From Folioceros fuciformis (taxonomy: Eukaryota): a stretch of 40,917 bases of DNA. Positions 1 through 10,584 of the stretch are shown here, one piece after another. Both the position numbers and the translations under genes were made by a program. Numbering within the stretch: position 1 is the stretch's first letter; each line of letters starts with the position of its first letter. The stretch is taken from NCBI GenBank assembly GCA_049999805.1, contig JBNGIO010006043.1:1-40917 (forward strand). Direction: 5' to 3'. The notes under the pieces are model-generated. The model was not told where the DNA came from. It saw only the letters and a program-made list of their open reading frames with translations, and made no database searches.

Positions 1-2004
1 TGGAATTCATTTGATGTGAATTCCCCACCATTATCTGATCTTAAGGTTTTCAGCTGCTTCCCTGTCCACCGTTCAGCAAACTTGATATACTCCTTGAAGT
101 AGGAGAAACACTTGCTCTTCTGTTTCAGGATGTATGTTGTGACAAATCTGCTCTTGTCATCGGTGAATGTGAGAAAATATTTTCCTCCACCAATTGAATC
201 CTGGGACAGAGGTCCACACAAATCTGTGTGGACAAGTTCAAGAAGATCACTTGCTCGGTGAGGGGCCTGATTTTTGAAGGTTGCTTGATGTCTCTTCGAA
301 AGAACACAAGCCTCACATAATGGAATTGAGGTCAAGGGACCAATGGGTCCATCCTGGTAAAGGTCACTAACTGCTAACTTTTGCAGCTTTGTCATGTGTG
401 GGTGACCTAAGCGGGCATGCCACAACTGAGATTTAGCTATCTGTTGTGCTGATGCCTTGGAGACATCCTGTGTCAGGTGGGACTCAACTATTCCACTATT
501 CAAATGGAGACGGAACAGGTCATGGTCCGAAGACCCATATGCAAGTACCTTCATATGGTCAAATGCATCTATTATCTGATAGTCTGTTCTAGTAAATAGC
601 ACATGGCTGCTATTGTCTGCATTCAGTCTTCTAACTGAGATGAGGTTTCTTGTCATGTCAGGTACATAGTAGACATCCTGCAATTTGAGGGTTAGTCCAG
701 TGGGAACTGGCAAGTCTACAGTACCTCGACCAGGAGAGACGAGAGACCTATCGTCTCCAAGATACACATACTGGTCAGCGAGTGGCCTGTATGTTAAGAA
801 TGCGTTTTTTGTCAAAGCAGATATGAGCTGTGGCTCTTGTGTCGAGATACCACTCTGCAGTGGGTTTAAAATATGCTTTGGCAGACAAGCATGTGGGTAG
901 CAGAAGTGGACTTGCAAACTCCCTTGTCCCAACTGTGAGGGCAGAAGGAGTGTTTAGCTTCTTGACCACAACGTGTGTCTCAGCTGAAGATCCCTCCTTG
1001 CGAGGAATTCCAGCCTGCTTCTTCCGACACTCACGTTCCCAATGGCCAGGTAACTTGCACCAGTTACAAGTACCTGCCTTTTTGGTTTTCTTGTATAGAG
1101 TGTTGGTTCCCTATTGACCAGCACCCTTGAAATTACTGCTGCTTCCACCCTTTGAGAAGGTCCTTCTACCTCCTCGTCCTTGGTTGGATGTGTACAGGGC
1201 CTGCTGCTTCCCTGCACGCCTATAGTTGGTCTTGCTTGCTTCCTCTTGAAGCATTGAGCTCACCAACTGTGAAAAGCTCATCTCCGGCATTTCCACACCT
1301 TGTTTCTTGGCTAACAATGTAGCCTGTGTCTGTGCAGCAGTATGTGAAGTCACAAAATGTGACCACGATTCTGGAAGAGAAAGAAGGAGTCTCATCACCA
1401 TCTCATCGTCTCCTATGGTGACTTTGGAGGCACCCTGAAGCCTTGAAGCTAGGGTCCTGAAGGTACTCACGTGCTTTTCCACTGAGTCCCCATCCTTCAT
1501 TCTCAAATTTTGGAAGCTGTCATGATAATTTTGGAAGCATGTACCTGACATGACAATTTTGGAAGCTGTCATTGCACTGACCATGTTCTGCCCTGCGTAG
1601 AGTTCCTTGAGGCGAGTTAGGATTTCGGCTGAAGTCTTCACCCGAGCAGTCTGCCTCAACATTTCAGATGTTAGGCCACTGCGTATGAGGTACTTGGCTC
1701 CGCTGTCTTTAGCTAACCAATCTGCTTCCCCTGCTGTCCCTTCGCCAGGATACTCTACCTTTCCGGTTGCATATTTAAGGAGGCCTCTCATCTCGAGAAC
1801 ACCCTCCATCCGGATGAGCCAGATATCAAAGTCATTGCCGTTGAACCTGTCCTTTTCTTTGAAGGATTCACTACTACCAAAGTTAGAAGACAAGGCTGTA
1901 TCACCCATGTTTCTGGGTATAGATTGCTCTTCTATGACAGGTTATGACTCTGCTTTATTGAAGACGTTTCCAAAATCGTCTAGATCACTTTCTGATCGTT
2001 CCAT
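1..2004 (-). pseudogene. copia gag-pol of element 1 (gag, zinc knuckle, protease, integrase N-terminal/core), disrupted
   Basis: ATG at 2004 is in frame with ORF 1111..1908. In-frame stops at 1942-1944 (TAA) and 1111-1113 (TAG); frameshift in the T-run at ~805-810. The protease DTG motif reads DTR. Confidence 0.88.
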
Positions 2005-2014
2005 TCATTATTAC

Positions 2015-2704
2015 TTACAGTGCATGTTGGTTTTGACGTTGCAGGGTTTGATCCCATGCAATACTGCGTGCTGCTATCCTAGCACTTCTCATCTCATATT
2101 TGTTATAGAAGTAAGTTGAACATGAAGGGCAAGAATTTGGTGAGTCAAACTTCCTTTCACGATTTGTTTTACTTACGTGCTTGTAGGCAGTACCTCTAAA
2201 TGCTGGGTTAGACAGCAACTCGGGTTTTAATAGCATTACAAGTTTGTAATCTATATGTGCAAGCTGTTCTTTTAAATCCTGCAAATCGATACTAGCTGCA
2301 GAAACATGACCTGAAATCTGGTTGAATCTATTTTCAACATTCCTATTGTTAGTTTCAAGACGCTGAACAATTGTGTTTACACTGGTTGATTGTGCAGCGC
2401 CAGTCGTGAGGAAACTGCATTGGCGTACAATTTCAGCAAGTGGTTGATTTTGTACAGCGCTCCTCTCCACTGTGAATGTTAGGTCGAGTTCTGTTGGGAA
2501 CAGCAATTCAAGTAGTGTGTTGAATGCTCCCTTCAGTGTTTCTGTTTGCGCTGGTTGAGTCCTGTGCCTGTGGCTCCATTGTTGAACACACACATGTAAT
2601 TGGTTGGCAAGGGTAAATCTGTCAGCGACTCTGTATCGATTCTGCCTAGGATTGTTGTTCCCCCTAGGATTTTCCTGGGGAGCAAGATAGATATAATTTG
2701 CCAT
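2015..2704 (-). CDS. Extra 229-aa ORF of unknown function inside copia element 1, between PBS and gag
   Basis: Uninterrupted 229 codons in AT-rich sequence; start context GCC-ATG-G. Heptad-like segment (IVQRLETNNRNVENRFNQISGHVSAASIDLQDLKEQLAHIDYKL) and a CPSC motif. Stop lies 10 nt before the gag ATG. Confidence 0.65.
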   Translation of the reverse strand: MANYIYLAPQENPRGNNNPRQNRYRVADRFTLANQLHVCVQQWSHRHRTQPAQTETLKGAFNTLLELLFPTELDLTFTVERSAVQNQPLAEIVRQCSFLTTGAAQSTSVNTIVQRLETNNRNVENRFNQISGHVSAASIDLQDLKEQLAHIDYKLVMLLKPELLSNPAFRGTAYKHVSKTNRERKFDSPNSCPSCSTYFYNKYEMRSARIAARSIAWDQTLQRQNQHAL

Positions 2705-3056
2705 GGCCTTGAGCCAGGATTGTTATATCTAAAATGCAGAATTTCTGCATTATAGAGATCCTTTTATATAAATCATATACACTAATCTGCCTATTAGACA
2801 GTTGTTCTAGTGCATCTGCATGGAATTGTCTAAACTGACAATTTAATGGAAATGCATTAGAAAATCTGCCTGATTCAGCAGCATTCTGTGTTAGATTTTT
2901 CTAAAAGAAAATATCAGAAACTATTTTCTTGAAAATCTTCTTGTTTCTTTCTTTTGAACTCATTTTCAAAATAGGAATACTAAAGAAGATAAATTCGTGC
3001 ACATTTTCTAGTGCAGAATTTCAATGCGCATCTTCCTACATGCATTCTACAAAGTG

Positions 3057-3069
3057 AGCTCTGATACCA
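3057..3069 (-). promoter_or_regulatory. Primer binding site (tRNA-iMet) of copia element 1
   Basis: Plus strand agctctgatacca = TGGTATCAGAGCT on the minus strand, the standard plant iMet PBS. Confidence 0.9.
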
Positions 3070-3389
3070 TAACAATATTATACAGATTATGTAGAAATAA
3101 ATCACATCATTAAGTANNNNNNNNNNNNNNNNNNNNNNNNNNNNNNNNNNNNNNNNNNNNNNNNNNNNNNNNNNNNNNNNNNNNNNNNNNNNNNNNNNNN
3201 NNNNNNNNNNNNNNNNAAGTAATTACATTGTATATCAAGAAAGGGGTTAAAATGCTTATGCATTAAAAGACAACTTAAACTAAATGTGAAAAGACATAAC
3301 GTTTCTCAAGCGACGTAACCCTAATGAACGGTCATGTACTATAGCTTTAACTAAACCCAATTAATACAACCCTAATCATGACTCCAACA
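3070..3389 (-). repeat. Putative 5' LTR of copia element 1 (interrupted by assembly gap 3117-3216)
   Basis: Begins TGTTGGAG on the minus strand at 3389 and abuts the PBS at 3069. AT-rich and not similar to the LTR of element 2. The partner LTR would lie outside the window. Confidence 0.55.
3117..3216. other. Assembly gap (100 N)
   Basis: Run of exactly 100 n; the flanks share aagta. Confidence 0.99.
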
Positions 3390-6300
3390 CATCTATTCTG
3401 TTAAAGACATGTTGTCACAATGCAAGATTGTTGGCCCTTCTTGCTTCATACCTAAGTCTTCACAAAGCTTCCTTTCCCACTCAGCCTCCTTAATGGCTTC
3501 AATGAGTGCCTTGTACTCAGACTCTGTGGAATACAGAGAGCTGGCTGCTTGTTTTCTACATGACCAATTAACTACAGAGGAGTTGGCTAGAAAACAATAA
3601 GCCGATATAATTTTTCAAGTATCAGCGTCAATGGCCCAGTCTGCATCTACATAACAAGTGAGCTTAAGATGCTTCTTCTTAAATGAGCTTAAGAGCTTAA
3701 GATGTTGTGTTTATCGCAAAGACCATAATTGGATGTGCCCTTGAGGTACCTCATGATACGCTTGAGAGCTACCTAGTGATCCTTTCCTGAGTTTTCAAAG
3801 AACTGAGCAATTGCATTTACAGTGTTGGAGATATCAAGCCTTGTTTGATTACTCAAAAACGTAAGAGTACCAACGGCCATACGGTAAGGAATATTCTCCA
3901 TCTCTTTCTTGTCCTCTTTAGATTGTGGACATGAGGCAAATGAGAGCTTGACGCCAAAGGCACCTGGAGTGTTTGATGCCCTTGCACCCTCCATGTTGTA
4001 GCGTTTGAGCATACCAGCTACTTCTCTACCCTAATGAAGATAAATAGCACCTGTACTATCTTTGTGTACATGCATGCCAAGGATATACTTAACCTTTCCC
4101 AGGTCTTTCATCTCGAATTCCCTGCTGAGGTCTGCCTTAATCTTGTTAACTAGTTCTACGTTATTTCCTCGAATGGCCAAGTCATCCACATAGAGAGCGG
4201 CTAGCACAAGAGAACTATCCTTGCATAGAACATAGATGTTAGTATTAGCTTCACTTTGGATAAAACCTATTTTCTTAAGATAAGTGTTCATCCTCTCATA
4301 CCACAGACGTGGGCTTCACTTGAGTCCATAGATGGAGCAATTGAGTTTACACACCTTGTGTGGGTACGTCTTGTCTTCATAATTCTGAGGCTGATCCATG
4401 TAGATCTCTTCCTGAAGATGACCATAGAGAAAGGCCGTGCACACATCTAGCTAATAAATCTCTAAGTTGAATTCAACACATAAAGCTAGAACCATCCTAA
4501 CCGATGCGGCTTTAACTACAAGTGAGTAAACCTTATCGCTCTGATAATCAACTCCTCTTTCTGACTATACCCCTTAGCCACTAATCTCGCTTTGTAGCGA
4601 ATTCTAGGCTCAACTTCTTGGAACTTAGTCTTAAGAACCCATTTGCACTTAATGCTAGTTCTACCCTTAGGCAGGCTCACTAGAGACTAGGTATTATTTC
4701 TGATCAATGAGTTATACTCATCATCGACGGCCAGCTTCCATTTAGCTGCCTCAGGTCTAGAGTAAGCCTCCTGCAAGGTTAAAGTATCTCCCTATGCAAC
4801 ACCAACACGTAAGGCATAGAGAGCATCCATTGAATCAACATAGGTTAAACCAGCTTGATTAAACTCAATGTCAAACGATTGTTCCTTCCAAAGGTGAGGT
4901 TGGCGCACAAGAGTAGGATATCTACGCTCAGGAGCAACCGTTGGCCTAGGAGGGGATGGAGGAGTGTGGAGAGCATGAGGAATATCATGAGGCACCATGT
5001 GATCAAAACCAACATGTTCAACATCACCTTGTTCCACAGGTAGGTCCTCCGCTACTCCCTCGTGATCTATCTCCATGTCCCCCTCTTGAGCAGGAATAGG
5101 TGGCGTAGGAGCGGGCTGCATGTGTGGAACAAGACCAACAACTGGCGGCACCGGACCTGCTTCAGGGATAGGAGCCATAGGAAGAGGAGGAACACCAACA
5201 GCGGGAAAAGTAAAGGACTGAACGATGTGTTCAAAACAAATGGCACTAGGGGAGTGTGGAGTGCTCGAGCCAGAAGAAGCACCATCAAAGACGCTAGGAG
5301 GAAGCTCCAAGGGTGTCCCAAGAGCAGGCACTAGCTTGGCTTCATCAAAAGTTACAGTGCGCGCATAGATTGGAGTCCGAGTGGCCATGTCCACGAGCTT
5401 GTAGGCTTTGCGAACATTACAATAGCCCACAAAGACAAGCTTTCGAGCACAAGCGTTAAGCTTATCACGATGCTATGAAGGAACAAGAGCATAGGCCAGG
5501 CAACCAAAAACACGAAGATGTGAAATTGGAGGCTTGGTCCCATGCCAACACTTGTAGGGTGTATGGCTGGAAATCGCCTTGGTAAGGACCCTGTTCTTAA
5601 TGTATGCCGCAGTAGACACAGCCTCAGCCCAAAAGGACTTGGGCAACTGAGACCAGGTCAGCATGGCACGAGCCATGGACATCAAATCGCCAGGTTAGCC
5701 TTCTCGGCCACGCCATTCTACTCAGAGGTGTAAGGTACAGTGAACTGCCTCAAGACACCACTCGGCTCGTAGAAACCACGAAACTGATGATTGTTGAGTT
5801 CCCCCACATTGTCGAATCGAATACATTTAAATTGACGGCCAGTCTGTAACTCGGCCATAGCAACAAAAGGTGAGAACACATTAAACGAGTCTCTCTTAAG
5901 TTGGATGGGAAACGCAAATGTATATTGACTGAAGTCATCAACGATAGTCATAAAAAGGTTAGCCCTGCCTAAGGACGCAACAGGGAGAGGACCACATAGG
6001 TCTACGTGGACCAGGTCAAGAGGCGTAGTGGATCGACGAGCAGGAAGAGTAGGATATAGAAAACTTCTCTATTTCGCAAGCACACAAGCTTCGCAAAGAG
6101 GCAGTTTCGAGAAAAGCATTGGAAGTTTATCCCGATACAAATCCTGCTGAGTCGTGGCCAAAAGCCGGGCTGGATTAAGATGTCCAAGCCGACAATGCCA
6201 AAGGAGAGTGTCAGTGGGGTGGGATCTCCTCAAAGGCTAGTTGCCAGGAGAGGAAACCGCAAGGGAGCCAATCGCCGTAAGCACGGGCTGACCTGAGAAG

Positions 6301-9300
6301 ACATACAAGTCATGACGGGGACGACCTCTAGCAACAATCACATGGGGTTTAGAGAACTGATATAGAAGGCAATCTCCAGACCCAAACTCAAGACGAAAGG
6401 AGCCATCCCAAACAAGTTGTCGGACAGAGATGAGATTCTTGGCCATCTGGGGAACATGTAAAACTTGAGAAAGCACCATGAGGGATCTGTCATCCAGAGT
6501 AAAAGCAGCGGAGCCAACCCCCGCAATAGAGAGGCCAGAGTCATCTCCAAGGAGGACGAAGCGCTGAGTGTCAGTAGCCGCCTCGTAGGTGGTGAACATG
6601 GTCTTGTGACTACATATATGCGTTGACGCAATAGAATCAATCAGCCATGACTATCTGTATTCAAATGCCACAAGAAAAATTCCAGGTGAAGAAGGATTCT
6701 TGGCCTTGGGCGAGACAACAACGGTGTTAGCTGTACGCGGCGCATGCTTGGTCTCACCTGCTTGCTTCTTCCTACACTCTCGTTCCCAATGACTCGGCTT
6801 TTGGCACCAATTACATGTGCCTTGCCGCTCAGGAGTCTTGGATGAGGAGGTTGCTGAGGAAGAAGGCTTGTAGGAGCCATGGGAATTGTTCCTGTTATTA
6901 GATTTGTTAGAAGGCGTACGCTGTTGTTGACGTCCTTTGGCGACGAACATGACCCGGTCGCCTCCATGTTTTGAAGTCCCGACATTGAACCTGGCAGACT
7001 CCTCTTGAAGGAGAGCTTTAGCAATCTCGGACACAGTGATGTTGGGTACCATACCCAACTGCACAGCCTGATGTGCATTTCTCACCGTTTGGTTTTGTGA
7101 GGAAACAAATGTATAGTAGCCAGCCGGGAGGCTAGCCAATAACTGAATACCAGCTTCAAATTTGGTGATGGTTGTCTCAAGAGTAGCAAGCTGGGCTCGC
7201 AAATATCGAAACTTGCTAATGTGCTAAGCAATGCTGTCATTGGGGCCCATGTGAGAAGAATAGAATTCCAGGCATACCGTGACAAGCGTCATCACGGTAG
7301 TGGACTGATAGATGTCAGTGATTTGCTTCCAAGCTTCAGCAGATGTGGACGCACCATCCGTATGGTGTAAGGTAACCTCATCGAGGCTAGAGATCAACAT
7401 CTGCATAGCTTGTCGATCTTGACGAACTCAAGCATCAATGGCAGCCAGATTAGCAGTGGGCTTGGGAATGGTTTCTTCCACGATGGGAAGAAGATCCTAA
7501 GTGTTGAGCGCAGTCTTCATGCGCTTTGACCACACCTCAAACTTCGTACCGTTAAATCTATCCTTTTCCTTGAAGTTAGTATTGATATTAATGATGTTGA
7601 AGTAAGGTTGAAGTGGTGAAATACCAACTGGGGGTGGAGGCAGTGGGTTGCCTGCTGGTCCACCAAAAGGTGGTGGGTTACCGGTTTGCCCACCTGGAAG
7701 TGATGTGGGTGGTGACGGGGGTCTTTATCCTGGCCTTGGAGACCCAAGGAACCCCGACCCAGAGGTAGAAGCGCTTAACATCTCTTGTGGGTTTTAAACC
7801 AACACGTAAGCCGACAATATGTTATGACACAATGCCGAGAGTACCAATGAAAGAAGAATCACAAGAAATTATTTAATAAAAGTATTTCCCTTCGTCTTTT
7901 AGGATCCACCCACCACAGTTATTTCCTCCCTTGCTTCAAGTGATCTAAAGGAGAGGAGGAGAAGGCTCGGTGACTTCAGTGCTCTCTGAACTGACACTCC
8001 CTTGAAATTCTTGAATTTGGGTTGTCAGGTGGAGAAGATCTTCGTTGGCCTTGGCCACTGCTTGCCAGAGAGCAAGAAGTCTGGCAGGCCGTGTTGGTGG
8101 ATTGAATGGAACAAGAGAGTCTCTAGACAAAGGGTTCTCCAGACAAGTCTTCAATGGGTTTCCGGTGAGGATGCACCCGCATTGCCAAACCGCGATGAGG
8201 AGGAGGCAAAGGATTGGCCTCGATCTTCACGGGTGCAAGGTTGAGTCCTTCTCCAGTCAAAGCCGTAGGAAAAACACAGGTAAGTCCTTACTGTGCCAGA
8301 AAATCGCCATGAAGGGGTGCCAACAAGTGTGAAGAGGCACAAAATGGAACTGGTGCCAAACTTGGCCGCATTCACATTGGTTCGTGGATAAAACGAACCC
8401 ACCTCCACGAAACGACGAGTTAAAACGTCGTTTCGGGGGTCTCGCACCGATTCGGGGGTCACGCACCGATTTGCAGGTGCGTGCGCCTCCTCGCGTGCAG
8501 GGCAAGCGCCTTGGGCGCAACACTCCACCGCGATCGCGATGGCGGCAGCACGCTCTTCACTGAGCGCCTGCAGCCTCGACCGCTCGGGACGGTGGTCTAG
8601 CGACGGTGCGTCCCAAAAAATGCCTTCCTCCTGCACAGTAATCAAACAAGATTGAGCTCCTGGCTTGACGATTTGCCCGTGCACCTGGGTAGAAGCAAAT
8701 CCACCACAATCCGAACAAATCCTCATCCTACAGGGTTAGAGAGGAGAGCATTATCGATTGTCTGCTCCTTAGGAAGGGGCAGAAGGCTCCGAGACGCCCC
8801 GGGGACATGATCATCTTCTGGAAAACCGTCGTGAAGACAATCAACTTTTGGGCTTGGTCTTGGTGTGCAGGTGCAAGCACGGGTGCGATTTCAGCCAAGT
8901 GCTCAGGTCCTTCTGGTAAGGTGGAGGTCCTCTCCAAAAATCAGGTCATGAATTGAAGCAAAACGGCCGAAATCCTCCCCAACAAGATTGCTAGAGAAAA
9001 GCATTCAGAGGAGCTCTCCTATCACAGATTGCACCCATCTTGGTGCGATTCGATGGGCAAGAAATGGCGTTCATCTAAGGCGAGTTGGCCTAGGCAATCG
9101 TGCCTCAGAAAGATGGGGAAATCGTACATTCCGACGTCGTCTCCTGGCCATGATCGGGCTGGGAGGTTGCGCACGACGAAGTGTAGGGGAGAGGCAGAAT
9201 GCCTCTCCCTTTACTTCGAAGATTCATACAGCCTGCTGTATGTTCATATGTACACGAAAGCATATTTAAATTGTAGAAAGTTGACAAGGGTTTGATAGCC

Positions 9301-9466
9301 CGTCTTCTACCAAAACTCCAATATTAAGCACCTTGGGCTTGGATCAATACCCAGATGGGTAAAGAAAATTTTTTGATGGCATATTCATAGCCAAGACACA
9401 ATGCTACCTAGACTATCTAGGACAAACAATCTTCTAGGCATAATAAACATAGGCCATATGAGTTGT

Positions 9467-9479
9467 AGCTCTGATACCA
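9467..9479 (-). promoter_or_regulatory. Primer binding site (tRNA-iMet) of copia element 2
   Basis: Plus strand agctctgatacca. Confidence 0.9.
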
Positions 9480-9675
9480 AGTTAGAATTGCTAATGTAGA
9501 AGCAGATGCATCGAAAATGATCTATTAGCAACTGAATAGGTGGATACAAAGTAGCAGTTTCGGAAGGGGTGTGCCCTGTAACTAACCGGCCAGTTAACTA
9601 ACTACACTTATAACTAGGTCTAGTTAGGCTAACCAACGTAATACAGAACCATGTGGTCTGCCTTATATTCCAACC
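9480..9675 (-). repeat. Putative short (~195 bp) 5' LTR of copia element 2
   Basis: Adjacent to the PBS; the distal end reads GGTTGGAATA on the minus strand (TGTTGG-like), with TATAAG inside. No second copy in the window, so the boundary is approximate. Confidence 0.5.
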
Positions 9676-10584
9676 CTAATGCACCAGCAAGTAAGGATCC
9701 CCATTCATCAAATGTGTGCTTACAACTTTTGCTAGCCGGAATTTTTGATTATGGATATCGTTCTCACATGGTGTGATTATAAACATCTCTTTTTTATCTC
9801 CAAAACATATCCATTCATTTGAGCAATCTCAATCGCTTGCCTTCCAGTACTTCTACAAGCACCTAATAGTATGTACATGAGCATTTCAAGTAGGTTTTGT
9901 TAGATGAAGCACAAAAGTGCTTCATCTAACAAAACTTCTTTTAATATCTGCATAGGTAGAAACAGTCTTTTCACATCAGCCTTTTAATTTTGTACCACTT
10001 CCAGGGGTTTATAGGTTCGAATTCCACTTTGTTATCCACAAATATTGTGGACTTCCTACAAAGGGTTAGAATAGACAAATACTCTTTGCCAACCCTTTGT
10101 CCATTATCCTTTAGGATGGATAGGCCCCATTCATGGTTTTTGCATAGTGATGAAATATTCCAGCTGTAGTTTGAAACAGTTAATGGTGAATTCCATTGTT
10201 TCCTCTTCTCCAAGGTGTGTAGGATAATATTAAGGCCTTTGCATTAACCTTATTATCCCACACAAGACAGAAAACAGACAAAAGCTACTCTAGACATTGT
10301 GACTCTCTAGAGTAAGGGCATGATATGCTATTTGGGATTACATCGATGCCTTGGAGCCGCTAAATGTTATTCTCTTAAAAAACATTTGTCTTCCATAGTA
10401 GTTGCCTACTGTGGTATGACCTTGACATGTAGTCTTAGAGGTGGTTTAGGGTTTACGAGTGCTTCTATTTGCTCTTCATGATCGCATGCGCTAACACCAC
10501 TCATCTCCTCCTTCAACCCGCTAAGCCCCAAAGCACAATTTGAGTGATTGAAACATCTTTTTCCAACTGATTCAATTCTTTTGC

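Larger units (their letters stand above)
1..3389 (-). mobile_element. Ty1/copia LTR retrotransposon, element 1 (5' part; runs off the left edge of the window), degenerate, with an extra ORF upstream of gag
   Basis: Minus strand shows a tRNA-iMet PBS TGGTATCAGAGCT (3069-3057), then gag, zinc knuckle CNWCKLPGHWEREC, protease WYLDTRATAHIC, GAG-pre-integrase LWHARLGH and integrase core (VHTDLCGP...DDKSR...LRSDNGGEF), i.e. copia domain order. The candidate 5' LTR starts TGTTGGAG at 3389 and spans the 100-N gap. Confidence 0.85.
3390..9675 (-). mobile_element. Ty1/copia LTR retrotransposon, element 2, heavily degenerate, 3' end truncated within RNase H
   Basis: PBS at 9479-9467. Gag from ~7781 (FKEKDRFNGTKFEVW), zinc knuckle CNWCQKPSHWEREC, protease WLIDS, WHCRLGH, integrase (FWAEAVSTAAYIKNR), RT (LYVDDLAI, EFEMKDLG) and RNase H (ILHCDN at ~3410-3428). 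Many stops and frameshifts. Confidence 0.9.

Noticed and set aside
1607-2119. 170-aa plus-strand ORF
   Set aside because: Antisense shadow of copia gag; no motif and a non-ATG start.
2015-3069. Endogenous caulimovirus (TGGTATCAGAGC followed by leader and ORF1)
   Set aside because: The downstream polyprotein has GAG-pre-integrase and integrase directly after protease (copia order); no movement protein is seen.
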